From Escherichia phage ph0021, in the sequence record OP557970.1: a DNA stretch of 64,000 nt; one strand, written 5' to 3'. Positions 11,298 to 21,564 of this stretch are shown piece after piece; the stretch's first letter is position 1; every line of letters starts with the position of its first letter. The notes under the pieces were generated by a model. That model had not been told where the DNA came from. It was given only the letters and a program-made list of their open reading frames with translations, and ran no database searches. The position numbers and the translations under genes were made by a program.

Positions 11298-11577
11298 ATT
11301 GAATCACCTTCAGTTGACGTTTTAATTCTTTTATCATCTCTTCGTTCATCGCAATATAAAGATCGCGTAAAGCAGGTTTTAACATTCCATTTACTGGAGA
11401 ACTAAATGGACATACATAATCTTTTCCTACGAGCTTTTTGGTGAATTCCATATCACAGAACTGAAATGCCGGTTCATTGGCATAAATTCCCCAATTAGTT
11501 GACATCATTTTATTGGCATATTCCAACGCCTGGATTTGATTCTTAATTCCATCAATTTGAAACTTTTTAATATTCAT
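11281..11577 (-). CDS. hypothetical protein (arn.2 position)
   Basis: 98-aa ORF, tightly packed with neighbours. Confidence 0.5.
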   Translation of the reverse strand: MNIKKFQIDGIKNQIQALEYANKMMSTNWGIYANEPAFQFCDMEFTKKLVGKDYVCPFSSPVNGMLKPALRDLYIAMNEEMIKELKRQLKVIQFGQGN

Positions 11578-12038
11578 TAGTAAAGGTCCTCAGAGTAAAG
11601 TTCTTTTTCACTACCACCGTGTTCAATACGTACTTGTCCGGCGTAAGTTGCAATAATCATTGCTTCTTCACGTGTCCAGTAATTGCTATACTGATCAATA
11701 AACCCTTGGTCATCATCACAAACTTGCTGAGTAACTAATTGGGGTTTAACTACATCTAAAACTTCTGCCATATCTTTAGAATAATGACGAGCACCTGGAA
11801 TAACAAGAGTTCGTCCATCTTTTAATTTAAAACGGTTGGCGGCACAAACAATTCGTCGTTGATACTTTTGGTTTTCATCCCAGTATGCGGTCTGCCAACA
11901 GATTTCAGGAACTTCTTTCAGAATATCTTCTTCTGTGCATTTATAACCATGTGCTTTAAATTTTTCAACAAGACTTTCTGGAGTTTCACGAGATAAAGGA
12001 ACATTCAGCATTTTTAAACGATTAATAAATGGGTTCAT
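11577..12038 (-). CDS. hypothetical protein (arn.3 position)
   Basis: 153-aa ORF; ATGA-type overlap with the downstream gene. Confidence 0.55.
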   Translation of the reverse strand: MNPFINRLKMLNVPLSRETPESLVEKFKAHGYKCTEEDILKEVPEICWQTAYWDENQKYQRRIVCAANRFKLKDGRTLVIPGARHYSKDMAEVLDVVKPQLVTQQVCDDDQGFIDQYSNYWTREEAMIIATYAGQVRIEHGGSEKELYSEDLY

Positions 12039-12364
12039 TTAAACCATCCTTTAATACGCTGCCACAGAGTTTTCTGTTGAGCTTTGTTAACACCAATTGA
12101 GCGAATAACTGGTTGAGATTCCTGGAATTCTTTATAATCAGCAAGGTAAATTTCGTAAGCCGATTGAACAAAGGTACTAATCGCTGCCATGAAGTTCTTG
12201 CGAATTCCCATAGAGGCTTCAGAACCACCACGGATGATTAAATATTTACCAGTCTTAATCTTTACGATAGTTCCAAGATAAGCTCCATGGTACCAGATGT
12301 CCCACCCCTCTTGAGTGGGTTCTGCACAACGACGAAGTTCATTAACAATTTCTAACTTGTTCAT
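12035..12364 (-). CDS. hypothetical protein (arn.4 position)
   Basis: 109-aa ORF upstream of motA in T4 map order. Confidence 0.55.
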   Translation of the reverse strand: MNKLEIVNELRRCAEPTQEGWDIWYHGAYLGTIVKIKTGKYLIIRGGSEASMGIRKNFMAAISTFVQSAYEIYLADYKEFQESQPVIRSIGVNKAQQKTLWQRIKGWFK

Positions 12365-12374
12365 TATTTATTCC

Positions 12375-13010
12375 TCACAGTTCAGATGCTACGGTGATTA
12401 CCGCTTCAATGTTTTCTGCCGAGCGTTTAATGTCAAGATACACATTACCGTTTTTAGCGATTTTACATGACATTCCGATATCAATAAATTTCTGAATATG
12501 ATGTTCCATCATTTTGTATCCAAAAATTCGCATATTTCCATTATTGTTAATTTCAAAATTACGAATTCCGTGAGTGCGTTTTTCTAAAATAGCGAGATAG
12601 TTACTACGATAAGTTTCAACCTTTTTAAGAACAAATCCATTTTCATCTAAAAGTTTTAGCATAAGGTCTTTATCTTCTTCCATATCGGAAGTAATCTCAC
12701 GAGCTTTACGAGTTGCTCGTTTTTTCAGTAGTTCAGGAGCATTTTCCTGTGCATATAAAGTTGCTGCATTTGAAATAATATCCTGAGCTTCTCCTGTAAT
12801 GATTAATCCATCACCAGATTTCTCTACCAGACCTTTTTTAATCAATACCCCAATATTACTATTAACTACTGCATTACCTAAATCTGGATGCACCTCACGA
12901 ACTTCTGCGGCTGTAATGAAATCTTTCTTAGCAATGGTAATTAAAATCGCAGCAGTTTTTTCATTCAGAACATCGTTAGAAGCTTTGATGATGTAAGTTA
13001 CTTTAGACAT
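12375..13010 (-). CDS. motA: middle-transcription activator MotA
   Basis: 211 aa; MSKVTYIIKASNDVLNEKTAAILITIAKKDFITAAEVREVHPDLGNAV matches T4 MotA. Confidence 0.95.
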   Translation of the reverse strand: MSKVTYIIKASNDVLNEKTAAILITIAKKDFITAAEVREVHPDLGNAVVNSNIGVLIKKGLVEKSGDGLIITGEAQDIISNAATLYAQENAPELLKKRATRKAREITSDMEEDKDLMLKLLDENGFVLKKVETYRSNYLAILEKRTHGIRNFEINNNGNMRIFGYKMMEHHIQKFIDIGMSCKIAKNGNVYLDIKRSAENIEAVITVASEL

Positions 13011-13046
13011 TTTAATCTCCGTTTCAGTTCATTTATTTGATAGGTC

Positions 13047-13076
13047 TATAGTATCATGTTTAAAGCAGAAGTAAAC
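13047..13076 (-). promoter_or_regulatory. T4-type early promoter upstream of motA
   Basis: Minus-strand GTTTAC, 17 bp spacer, TACTAT. Confidence 0.5.
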
Positions 13077-13115
13077 ACTTTTTTGCACTCTTTTTCAAGA
13101 GCTCTAATAAAGTAC

Positions 13116-13343
13116 TTACTTAATGTTCAGATTACGAACTTCGATTTCGTCTTCATGGGCAAAATCAAACTGTTTGAATTCTGTGTCACCTTTAAATTTA
13201 AAAATCATTGTGAAGAAAGTCAGAACACCAGGTTTTTCTTCACGAACTCCACAGATATCATATTCAATACCATCTACAACCAGTTTGTTAGCAGTCAGAG
13301 CATTTTTAGCTTTAACGATTTCGTTTTCGATTTTAAATTTCAT
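13116..13343 (-). CDS. hypothetical protein
   Basis: 75-aa ORF preceded by an early promoter. Confidence 0.5.
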   Translation of the reverse strand: MKFKIENEIVKAKNALTANKLVVDGIEYDICGVREEKPGVLTFFTMIFKFKGDTEFKQFDFAHEDEIEVRNLNIK

Positions 13344-13393
13344 TTTTTGTATCTCCGGGTTGTTTGTTTCAGTTCATTTATTTGATAGTTGTA

Positions 13394-13422
13394 TAGTACC
13401 ACAGTATGCTTTGGTTGTAAAC
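13394..13422 (-). promoter_or_regulatory. T4-type early promoter
   Basis: Minus-strand GTTTAC, 18 bp spacer, TGG-TACTAT plus the conserved leader ACAACTATCAA. Confidence 0.5.
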
Positions 13423-13444
13423 CGTTTTGTGAAAAAATTTTTGA

Positions 13445-13473
13445 AATAAAAAAGGGAGAGCCTCGGCTCTCCC
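13445..13473 (-). terminator. rho-independent terminator
   Basis: GGGAGAGCC/GGCTCTCCC stem followed by TTTTTTATT on the minus strand. Confidence 0.7.
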
Positions 13474-13478
13474 TAAAA

Positions 13479-13628
13479 TTACTGCATGACTGTGATAACT
13501 GTCATGATAACACGTTGAATTCCGAACGCAAGAAGACCTCCTGCTACGGCAGGAACAACACCTAAACCCGCCAGTAAAATGCCACCAGATACTAATGCAG
13601 CGCTTGTAATACCTATGAATGGACTCAT
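13479..13628 (-). CDS. small membrane protein (49 aa) translationally coupled to gene 52
   Basis: ATG overlaps the gene 52 stop (ATGA); Gly/Ala-rich hydrophobic peptide MSPFIGITSAALVSGGILLAGLGVVPAVAGG. Confidence 0.45.
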   Translation of the reverse strand: MSPFIGITSAALVSGGILLAGLGVVPAVAGGLLAFGIQRVIMTVITVMQ

Positions 13629-14953
13629 TTGATTTCCTCTAAATCTTTGGTGTATTCTGTAACTACATCAGTAGTTTTCCAATATTCGTTTTCTTCTTTT
13701 TTAGCTTTAGCTTCTTCAGCAAGTTTCTTTGCTTCGTCGGAAGTCATATGAAAAATATTCATTCCGACTAGTTTATCAACATAAGAAGAATACATCTCAA
13801 TTTTAGAAAGTTCTTCAGTCAGTTCTTTGCGAGTTTTACCCTGTACAACGATTTCACCTGAAATTACTTTCTTAATGAAATGTGCCTTGGCAAAAGCTAA
13901 ACGAAAAGCTGACTCAGTTTCTTTAATTTTATTATCAATTCGTTTTTGGACATAAGTTTTACGAACTTCAACGAAGTCTTTGATTAAATCAACTACGTTA
14001 TCGTAAACTTGTAGTTTTCCTTTCTCATTAATAACCGTAATATTCTGAGAACGACGCTCAATCAACCCGAAGTCTTTCATAATTTTTGCATGGCGTTCTT
14101 CTTCATTATCGCTCAAAGAGTATTCTTTTCGGAATTTAACTTTGAATCCAAAACCATGCTCACCACAAGCATCATCCCATGTAATGAAGCCTTTATCTTC
14201 AAGTGGGTCTAAGATTTTACTCACATAAATTTCACGATCATACTTATACGGAATCTCAGTGATATGCATTTGAGTTCGTGAAGTAAACTTATATGTTCCA
14301 CGAATTTCATATTGCCCATCAATTTCAACGACTTCACCACGAAATTCTGGGAATTCTACCTTCGGTTTAGTTACTTTCTTTCCTTGAAGAGCTTGTAATA
14401 CAGCTTTCTTGACAGAAGAAACACTATGAGGAAGAATGTAAGTTGCATAACCAGTTGCAATACCGGAAACGCCATTAAGAAGAACAGTAGGAATAATAGG
14501 CAAATAGAAAGCAGGCGGAATGTGTTCTTTATCTTGATGTACCGGAGCATATTCAGTATCTTTATATACGTTATAGAAATTTTTACTTACACGAGCAAAA
14601 ATATAACGACTTGCTGCTGCCTTTTGGACAGTACGAGAACCAAAGTTTCCTTGACCGTCTAACAGAGGAAAGTTATTATTCCAAGTGTTAGCCATCAAAG
14701 CACCTGCGTCTTGCGCAGAGTTTTCACCATGATGATATCCAAGGTCCGCTACACCGCCTGCGATAGAAGCGAGTTTGTGAAACTTATCTTTATTTCCTCG
14801 TGCCAAATCAAGAGCTCGAGCAATAACAAATCGTTGAACTGGCTTAAATCCGTCAATCATATTTGGAATGGCACGATTTTCAACCGTGTACATAGCATAA
14901 GCCAATGCTTCATTATCAATGATACTTTTTAAATCGCGATTATTCAGTTGCAT
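13625..14953 (-). CDS. 52: DNA topoisomerase II medium subunit gp52
   Basis: 442 aa, same length as T4 gp52; GyrA-like breakage-reunion region. Confidence 0.95.
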   Translation of the reverse strand: MQLNNRDLKSIIDNEALAYAMYTVENRAIPNMIDGFKPVQRFVIARALDLARGNKDKFHKLASIAGGVADLGYHHGENSAQDAGALMANTWNNNFPLLDGQGNFGSRTVQKAAASRYIFARVSKNFYNVYKDTEYAPVHQDKEHIPPAFYLPIIPTVLLNGVSGIATGYATYILPHSVSSVKKAVLQALQGKKVTKPKVEFPEFRGEVVEIDGQYEIRGTYKFTSRTQMHITEIPYKYDREIYVSKILDPLEDKGFITWDDACGEHGFGFKVKFRKEYSLSDNEEERHAKIMKDFGLIERRSQNITVINEKGKLQVYDNVVDLIKDFVEVRKTYVQKRIDNKIKETESAFRLAFAKAHFIKKVISGEIVVQGKTRKELTEELSKIEMYSSYVDKLVGMNIFHMTSDEAKKLAEEAKAKKEENEYWKTTDVVTEYTKDLEEIK

Positions 14954-14957
14954 AAAT

Positions 14958-15098
14958 TTACCATACTAGTGAATGTAGTGCCATAATAACATCAGAAATG
15001 AAAAGCACGACTTGAATTAATCCGAACATTACTCCATAATATAGTGCTACCAATAAAGTAGCAAGGGCTAATGAATAGCCCAAGATTTTCTTAATCAT
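14958..15098 (-). CDS. small hydrophobic peptide (52.1 position)
   Basis: 46 aa; ATG overlaps the upstream stop; below the ORF-track cutoff. Confidence 0.4.
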   Translation of the reverse strand: MIKKILGYSLALATLLVALYYGVMFGLIQVVLFISDVIMALHSLVW

Positions 15099-15249
15099 TA
15101 GTAGATAACAACACAAATGTTAAATATGCACACATACCCTGGGCTAAAGCTTGTGAAAACACACTGCTAGCATCGATACAGATAGTTAAAACACATGCTA
15201 CTATCCAACAAATAAATGAAATAACTCCTAATAATTTTGCGATATTCAT
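15091..15249 (-). CDS. ac: small membrane protein, position and size of T4 ac (acriflavine sensitivity)
   Basis: 52 aa, hydrophobic; RBS GTGAGGAAAA; T4 ac is about 51 aa at the same map position. Confidence 0.5.
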   Translation of the reverse strand: MNIAKLLGVISFICWIVACVLTICIDASSVFSQALAQGMCAYLTFVLLSTND

Positions 15250-15256
15250 ATTTTCC

Positions 15257-15337
15257 TCACTGGCGTCCGAAGACGCCTTTAGTTTTAAGATTATTACGAT
15301 AGAACTGCATCACATGTTCGTTATGGAAATTACTCAT
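15257..15337 (-). CDS. stp: Stp peptide (activator of the host PrrC anticodon nuclease)
   Basis: 26 aa [26 protein letters not shown] matches remembered T4 Stp; start overlaps the ndd stop. Confidence 0.7.
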
Positions 15338-15795
15338 TAATATGCCTGCAAAACGAATTTAAAATTATCAGCCAACATACGGTTCATTTCTTCAAGTGTT
15401 TGATACTCAGAATGATGATTACGAGTAAACGCTAAAGCTAACTGTCCTTTTCCAAATCCCGTCGTCAGAGGTTTCATCTTAGAAGCAGGCAGATAAAATA
15501 CTGCGTATGGAACATTGTTATTTGCAATAGTACGTGCAAGCTGAGACCGACGTTGACGAATATGACTTAGAACTGCACTGAATCCTTGCTTAGAACGCTG
15601 ATTACCTACATAAAATCGTGCAGACACGCATGGATTACTAAATGGACGACCATCTAATTTACTCACTAAAAAGTAAAATCCAGGTTTAGATAAAAAGTCT
15701 TTATGCGGAGTTCCCAAAAACCATTCACCGTTCTTGATTGTACCAATAACGGTAGCGCCAGCATTATTCAGATCAGTAGCAGTCATATATTTCAT
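15337..15795 (-). CDS. ndd: nucleoid disruption protein Ndd
   Basis: [33 protein letters not shown] matches T4 Ndd; start set at the internal Met with RBS GAGGAAA, trimming the track ORF to about 152 aa. Confidence 0.85.
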
Positions 15796-15855
15796 ATTAA
15801 TTTCCTCTAAATTATTTTCTACTCCAAGGCCGCATGAATACACGCGGCCATTAAA

Positions 15856-16071
15856 TTAATCGTCGCAGTCGACGCTCAATTCCCAAAACTCTTCTACGGT
15901 ATAAGTTTCAGTATCATTTTCAATACAGAAACGTTCATTACTATTATTTGCTAAAGTAGCGTTAACTGTCATTTTCTCGCTGGTGCTCTTAAGAGGTGAA
16001 ATACGAATTAACTGATCACCACTATCCAAGCAAAAAATTTCACCAACTTTTACATCTTTAAAGATTTTCAT
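15856..16071 (-). CDS. hypothetical protein (ndd.1 region)
   Basis: 71-aa ORF with RBS GAGGTG. Confidence 0.5.
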   Translation of the reverse strand: MKIFKDVKVGEIFCLDSGDQLIRISPLKSTSEKMTVNATLANNSNERFCIENDTETYTVEEFWELSVDCDD

Positions 16072-16079
16072 AATTCACC

Positions 16080-16190
16080 TCAAGGAGTATAAAATCCAAA
16101 TGCAGTTGTTGACCATCCCATCCAATATGGAAAATTTGCGCCAATGTAAAACATAAGAATATAAAACCAACCACTCAGCAAATTCATCAT
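16080..16190 (-). CDS. small hydrophobic peptide (36 aa)
   Basis: MMNLLSGWFYILMFYIGANFPYWMGW...; ATGA overlap with the upstream stop. Confidence 0.35.
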   Translation of the reverse strand: MMNLLSGWFYILMFYIGANFPYWMGWSTTAFGFYTP

Positions 16191-16384
16191 TTTACACCAT
16201 TCCAAATTGTTTCAACCACGGATTTTAAACCATTTTGATGAATATCCATTCCGACTACCGTCATCAAATAAATTCCAACTACAACTGAACCTAAGGCAAA
16301 AATCAGCATGAAAATGAATAAAGCCGGAAAAATATTATCGAAAAACCATTCAATAAATGTAAAAGCACTGCGTTTACGCTTCAT
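16187..16384 (-). CDS. small membrane protein
   Basis: Track ORF trimmed to the Met preceded by GAGGAAAAT; one TM helix. Confidence 0.45.
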   Translation of the reverse strand: MKRKRSAFTFIEWFFDNIFPALFIFMLIFALGSVVVGIYLMTVVGMDIHQNGLKSVVETIWNGVK

Positions 16385-16391
16385 ATTTTCC

Positions 16392-16505
16392 TCACATAAA
16401 TCCAAAGTAAACGTTTAATACATCAATCATTAAAACGATTGGGAATATACTCAAAACTATTAGTATTATAACTACATTCCATATAGCTTTAACAATCTTT
16501 TTCAT
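16392..16505 (-). CDS. small membrane peptide (37 aa)
   Basis: MKKIVKAIWNVVIILIVLSIFPIVLM...; RBS GGAGG; directly downstream of an early promoter. Confidence 0.4.
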   Translation of the reverse strand: MKKIVKAIWNVVIILIVLSIFPIVLMIDVLNVYFGFM

Positions 16506-16533
16506 TTTCTGTTCCTCCGTAGTTGATAGGGTA

Positions 16534-16563
16534 ATAGTACCACGGAAGAACAGTCTTGTAAAC
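16534..16563 (-). promoter_or_regulatory. T4-type early promoter
   Basis: GTTTAC, 18 bp spacer, TGG-TACTAT. Confidence 0.5.
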
Positions 16564-16748
16564 AACTTTTTTAAAAATATTCGTAATAAATGTGAATACC
16601 AATCACTACTGCCGAAACTTGTGCAACCCACCATGCACACGCAATAAGTACAGAATTCAAAATTTTCATAATAACCTCATCACAAAAGTAAATGTTAAAC
16701 AAATTACTGGAATACTAATTAACCAAACAAAACACCAACATAATGAAC

Positions 16749-17012
16749 TCATAGTTCAATCTCAACGATTTCCAAGTGTTTTTGTTTTATTGCCTTTTTA
16801 ACACAATCATGGACTAAATATGACCATGAATCATTATATTCTCCATTAACTAATCGTTGGAGATCTTCACGTGATGATAAGTAAGGTTGATCTGATTCCC
16901 ATTTTGATAAAAATACTGCAGTAAAAATATCTCCTTCATCTGTAGTTGAAGTCGTAAATGCAATAAATTCACCGGTAATTTTATGTTTAGCGTAATAAAA
17001 TTTAAATTTCAT
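16749..17012 (-). CDS. hypothetical protein
   Basis: Track ORF trimmed to the internal Met (MKFKFYYAKHK) with RBS GGAGG, because an early promoter lies inside the 5' extension. Confidence 0.5.
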   Translation of the reverse strand: MKFKFYYAKHKITGEFIAFTTSTTDEGDIFTAVFLSKWESDQPYLSSREDLQRLVNGEYNDSWSYLVHDCVKKAIKQKHLEIVEIEL

Positions 17013-17039
17013 TTTTACTCCTCCGTAGCTGATAGTTGT

Positions 17040-17069
17040 ATAGTACCACGGTCCTTGTGGTATGTAAAC
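17040..17069 (-). promoter_or_regulatory. T4-type early promoter
   Basis: GTTTAC, 18 bp spacer, TGG-TACTAT plus the conserved leader. Confidence 0.5.
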
Positions 17070-17086
17070 TGTTTTGTGAAAATTTT

Positions 17087-17644
17087 TTAAATGGAAAGAT
17101 ACCATCCATTGTAGTTGCTTTTTCTTACAACCTTACGAAGGTCTTCTCTGTCACCGATGAACTTCGGAGTGTACTGGATGACACCTGGATGAATTTCTTT
17201 AGTGTTGAATATAATTATACAGTCAGCGACTTGATGATTTAGAATGGGCCCTAGATTTATTCCAGAACCGTATGGATACTCTCCGCTGCATCCTGTTGTT
17301 ACAGAAATCCAACGTGAGCCAGTTTGATGTGTCTTAACTTCTACACGAAGCCCACAGTATTTTGGATGTGCTAAAACATCCCACGCGTATGTATATGGAT
17401 CATCGACATCTTCTTGACCTTTATTAACATACCCGCTTAGCCAATCTGCTACAAAAAACTCTGCGTATACAGCAATACGACATCTTTCAATAACTTCTGC
17501 TTTATCCTGGTTCGGGTTTTGTTTTAAAGAGTATCTTGCAGTATCAGCAATTTTGACCTTCATTTCACTAGTCAAGTCACTGTTCGATAGGGTAAATGTC
17601 GGAATCTGAAATAGTCTCTGTAAACCCGGATTCGTTTTCTGCAT
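17087..17644 (-). CDS. denB: endonuclease IV DenB
   Basis: 185 aa, same length and map position as T4 DenB. Confidence 0.85.
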   Translation of the reverse strand: MQKTNPGLQRLFQIPTFTLSNSDLTSEMKVKIADTARYSLKQNPNQDKAEVIERCRIAVYAEFFVADWLSGYVNKGQEDVDDPYTYAWDVLAHPKYCGLRVEVKTHQTGSRWISVTTGCSGEYPYGSGINLGPILNHQVADCIIIFNTKEIHPGVIQYTPKFIGDREDLRKVVRKSNYNGWYLSI

Positions 17645-17906
17645 TTAGACTTTCCTTTTTACCACTGAGATAAGCGTTATATACTTTAAGAGTGCCGTAA
17701 TAAATTCGGTCATTTTCATCTAAAGACTCGCGGTCAAGTTCATCAAGCTCCTTTTTATCCATGACTATAACATCATTACAGTAAAGAAACCCAAGTTTTT
17801 CGTGACCAAACTCAAATTTATTACAGTACACAATATTAGCGTGATGATTTCCGTGCAGTTTAATCTCTTTTATGTCGGAATCACCGATATTCATACAATA
17901 AATCAT
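17577..17906 (-). CDS. hypothetical protein (denB.1 position)
   Basis: 109-aa ORF; its 3' end overlaps the denB start. Confidence 0.45.
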   Translation of the reverse strand: MIYCMNIGDSDIKEIKLHGNHHANIVYCNKFEFGHEKLGFLYCNDVIVMDKKELDELDRESLDENDRIYYGTLKVYNAYLSGKKESLNAENESGFTETISDSDIYPIEQ

Positions 17907-17916
17907 AATTTTTCCT

Positions 17917-17941
17917 TAAAACAAAAGGGCCGAAGCCCTTT
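17917..17941 (-). terminator. terminator-like hairpin
   Basis: AAGGGCCGAAGCCCTT stem-loop followed by a T-run on the minus strand. Confidence 0.5.
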
Positions 17942-17944
17942 ATT

Positions 17945-18139
17945 TTACTTGAATTGTGCAATTCTTTTCTCTAGACATTCAGCATAAGATTTCATTGAGA
18001 TGAACTGTGAAAGTAGCAGTTCTTGCTCAACTACACTAACTGTTAGAAACTTTGCGCTTTCTAAAAATTTACTCAGTGCATTAATTTTGAGCATTAATTG
18101 ATCGTATTCTTCTTTTACTCGTGCTTGATAACCTAACAT
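17945..18139 (-). CDS. hypothetical protein
   Basis: 64-aa ORF with a predicted coiled-coil character. Confidence 0.5.
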   Translation of the reverse strand: MLGYQARVKEEYDQLMLKINALSKFLESAKFLTVSVVEQELLLSQFISMKSYAECLEKRIAQFK

Positions 18140-18167
18140 AATTTTCCTTAGTTAAGGGCCGAAGCCC

Positions 18168-19106
18168 TTATTTAAATTGTTCAGTAACGTCTTCAACTAC
18201 TTCGTATTGGCAGGTACGCATTTTAGCGTCGTTATAATCAATCGGAATTGATACCACATCGCGAGGATGCACTTTAACTTTTACGACTCGGCTGGTTGAA
18301 CTGCCAAAGTGACGAATATAAGATTTAGAACACACATGCAGACCACGAGAACAAGTTTGTGTATCATCGTCATTCACACGAGTACGTGGCATTTTAACTA
18401 CTTTACCCGGACTGTTATCAAAGGTATTTGAGTGACAGTCAAAGTAATTGCTGCGAACTACTTTCCAAGCATAGAAGTAGCCATCTTCTGTAATTTCAAT
18501 ATCGTTTGCTACCAAGAAATCAAAGAGTCGAGATACCGCTTTTTGGCTTGGGTTTTCCAGCAGATTTTCCAAGAACGGAAAATAAAATTCAAAGTTTTCG
18601 CCTTTTTCCATCGAGTCAAGAATACGATCAACCAAACCAGACCGCAATTCAATATTTTGATAGAACAAGCTTCCACCTTCAATTCGAACATCGCCGGAAA
18701 TATATTTTTCAACAGCGCGACGAACATTAATTTTTTGTGCTGCTTCTTCCAGCTTATCCGCTACAAGCAGATTAAGAATTTCCTGGAAGTTTGAATGAGT
18801 ATTAGGAGTTGCGTTATAAGTTACACCGTCAACAGTAATTGAAATGAATTTTTTAGATGCATTCCAAATAATGTCAGATTTAGCAACTGGAGCAATAACT
18901 GCATCGCTATTAACTTTAACTGTAATATCACCACTAATAGTAACTTTAGAGCGTTCTGCTTCTTCAGCATTTTTCAAAACACGACGGATTGTGTCAACCG
19001 ATACACCTTGCCAATCAGCCAATTCCTGCTGGGTGTAATTACCACTTGAATACAGTTTAACAATTTCAGCTTGTTCGTTTTTGGTCAGGCATTTAATATT
19101 GTACAT
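18168..19106 (-). CDS. rIIB: rIIB protein
   Basis: 312 aa, same length as T4 rIIB; immediately follows rIIA. Confidence 0.93.
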   Translation of the reverse strand: MYNIKCLTKNEQAEIVKLYSSGNYTQQELADWQGVSVDTIRRVLKNAEEAERSKVTISGDITVKVNSDAVIAPVAKSDIIWNASKKFISITVDGVTYNATPNTHSNFQEILNLLVADKLEEAAQKINVRRAVEKYISGDVRIEGGSLFYQNIELRSGLVDRILDSMEKGENFEFYFPFLENLLENPSQKAVSRLFDFLVANDIEITEDGYFYAWKVVRSNYFDCHSNTFDNSPGKVVKMPRTRVNDDDTQTCSRGLHVCSKSYIRHFGSSTSRVVKVKVHPRDVVSIPIDYNDAKMRTCQYEVVEDVTEQFK

Positions 19107-19117
19107 AATTTTCCTTA

Positions 19118-21295
19118 TTAGGCCGCAAGGGCCTTCATAGTTTTAGCGATTTGAGAAACTTCATCATCACTTAAAGAGTTGCGATAACCGATGAAGTCGG
19201 AAACAATACGGAATTTCTTGGTAAACTCAGCAACCATTTTATCACTGTTTTTTGAAGCATTATTTGACAATACATCAAAAAGATTAGTTACTGTCCAGAT
19301 GTCATGACCAATGGTATCTTTTCCACCATTAAAATATACACCGCGCAATGAACTAACTATATTAGCGAGTCGTGTATATTCTTCAGAAACTTCATCTGTA
19401 CTGAAGTACTTCATCATAAAATCTAACTCAGGATACTTGATAATTTTATCAATATATCGTTGAGCTGAACTTGAATAACCTACGTACTTATCATAATCTA
19501 CATCATCAAAAGCATCTACATATAAATCACGCAAAGCTTCAAAAATACACTGGCACTGACCGAGTTCTTTTACCTTTTTCTGTAAAAGCGGACGAATAAC
19601 ATAAAATTCATTAATGCCAATAAGATTAGCCATACGAATCAAAATATTCATAGATGGATGACAAAGAGATGTAGTACCATCCATAGAGAAAATATCAGAA
19701 CGATGCATATACGCTACATAACCAGTAATTTCATCTGCTTCTGATGTGAGCGTAAATAATTCCTCTTTTTCCCAGCGCCCGTCTTTAATTTCAAACTTAA
19801 ATGCTGTAGCAGCTTTAGGACGAGGAGCTTTACTTTTAACTACCTTTGGAATATAGCTTTTAACTAAAGCTTCGATTTCTGACAAATAATGAATGTTAAC
19901 TTCATCACTTTCAAACATCGCCATAATATCAGGGAGTAAATCAATCTGCGATTCTACTTCTGGGTTAATAAACAGAAGGCGTTCGTTATGATGAATATTC
20001 AAAGTGTTATTAAATTCACTATCATCTAACGCTCGTGCTAATCCACGAACAATATTAACACGATTTTTAATATTATCAATAACGATATTAATTTTTGTTG
20101 TATTAATACCAAACAGACGATAACTTGATGCAACGGCTGAAGTTTCATGACTTTGCTTAATGCGTTTCAGTCGAGGGTCAAGATTTACTTCATACACAAC
20201 TCCTGCATTGCATAACTTACTATCAGGTTCAAACATGCTTTGCATCTTTTTATATGACAGATTTTTAGTCGTGAATTTAACTGAATTACTAATCATATAA
20301 TCTCGAGCAGAATACCCCATCTTCATCAATTCACGATATGTGTGACGAGGAGATGTGGATTCTTTAAATCGTTTTACATCTTCATTAAATGCTTTCTCAC
20401 TGAGTTCTTTAACTCGTTCAATAATATTTTTACGAGTACGATCATCCAGTGAAAGAGCCTCGCGAGATGGAGCAATATCAAGTGAACCCATTGGAAACTT
20501 AATGTAATTCACTTCATTGCGAATGCTTAGCCAGTTACGGTCTCTAATAACACCATCGATAGGATAAACAATACCGCCATAGATAGCATATAATCCACCA
20601 CGATCAGGCCAGTATCTTTCTGGATTTACACCGTAATAGTCATCAAAATCCGGAAAATAATCAATTTCGCGGTCAAGACCATTAATGATAGCCAAATCTT
20701 TGAATGGTCGCATGATATAAGAAACTTCATAAGCAAAGTTTCTAAAGTCTTTTTCTTCAACTGGAACTACGATTTCAATACCAGTTTTATCATCTGGACC
20801 CATTTCTTTTACGAATGTAGGTTTAATCTGTGGACCATCACCATCCATGTAAGCTACATAACCACGAATTTCGCCTTTATGATATGAAGTAATACTAAAT
20901 GTATCAGTATAACTAAACGGAGATTTAGAACCTAAACCAAATCCACCAATGAAATCGTTAGATTCAGCCTTAGATGAACTAAAGTATGAATTATACAACC
21001 CAGGAGAATTATCATCACCCTGAATATCAAAATCGCTCATACCTGGACCAAAATCACGACAAACAAATCGCGGATCTAATCGTCCTGGAACTTGAATGAT
21101 AAATTTTTCAGGATTTCCATTGAGAGCATGGGCATCAATCATATTGGTAATCAATTCACGGACTACTGCGCGAATCTTGTTTGTATACAAATCAGATGAC
21201 AGAATTTTAAATACTTTAGGAGATGCTGTGATGCTAAATGCTTTTGATTTAGAACCATTGCCAAGAATTGTTTCTTTTTCAGTGGTGATAATCAT
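19118..21295 (-). CDS. rIIA: rIIA protein
   Basis: 725 aa, same length as T4 rIIA; N-terminal ATPase-like region. Confidence 0.93.
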   Translation of the reverse strand: MIITTEKETILGNGSKSKAFSITASPKVFKILSSDLYTNKIRAVVRELITNMIDAHALNGNPEKFIIQVPGRLDPRFVCRDFGPGMSDFDIQGDDNSPGLYNSYFSSSKAESNDFIGGFGLGSKSPFSYTDTFSITSYHKGEIRGYVAYMDGDGPQIKPTFVKEMGPDDKTGIEIVVPVEEKDFRNFAYEVSYIMRPFKDLAIINGLDREIDYFPDFDDYYGVNPERYWPDRGGLYAIYGGIVYPIDGVIRDRNWLSIRNEVNYIKFPMGSLDIAPSREALSLDDRTRKNIIERVKELSEKAFNEDVKRFKESTSPRHTYRELMKMGYSARDYMISNSVKFTTKNLSYKKMQSMFEPDSKLCNAGVVYEVNLDPRLKRIKQSHETSAVASSYRLFGINTTKINIVIDNIKNRVNIVRGLARALDDSEFNNTLNIHHNERLLFINPEVESQIDLLPDIMAMFESDEVNIHYLSEIEALVKSYIPKVVKSKAPRPKAATAFKFEIKDGRWEKEELFTLTSEADEITGYVAYMHRSDIFSMDGTTSLCHPSMNILIRMANLIGINEFYVIRPLLQKKVKELGQCQCIFEALRDLYVDAFDDVDYDKYVGYSSSAQRYIDKIIKYPELDFMMKYFSTDEVSEEYTRLANIVSSLRGVYFNGGKDTIGHDIWTVTNLFDVLSNNASKNSDKMVAEFTKKFRIVSDFIGYRNSLSDDEVSQIAKTMKALAA

Positions 21296-21305
21296 AATTT
21301 CCTCA

Positions 21306-21509
21306 TTAATTCATATTGCGTTTAATAACTTCAGCGACTTCTAGTAGTTCATCTTTAGTTGCAGTGTCAGATTGAATTTTATCTCTAATATCCTTAAAGC
21401 GGTTTTTAAACTCTTCAGCTTCTCCCATATCGAAAAAGCGTTGAATGATTCTATATTCTCGATGAACTGCTTTATCAAAAAGTTCTAAATTTACTTTATA
21501 TGATTTCAT
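21306..21509 (-). CDS. hypothetical protein (rIIA.1 position)
   Basis: 67-aa ORF downstream of an early promoter. Confidence 0.55.
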   Translation of the reverse strand: MKSYKVNLELFDKAVHREYRIIQRFFDMGEAEEFKNRFKDIRDKIQSDTATKDELLEVAEVIKRNMN

Positions 21510-21534
21510 TTCAATATCCTCATTTGCCCAATTA

Positions 21535-21564
21535 ATTATACCACATCCTTGTGGTAAAGTAAAC
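21535..21564 (-). promoter_or_regulatory. T4-type early promoter
   Basis: GTTTAC, 18 bp spacer, TGG-TATAAT. Confidence 0.5.
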
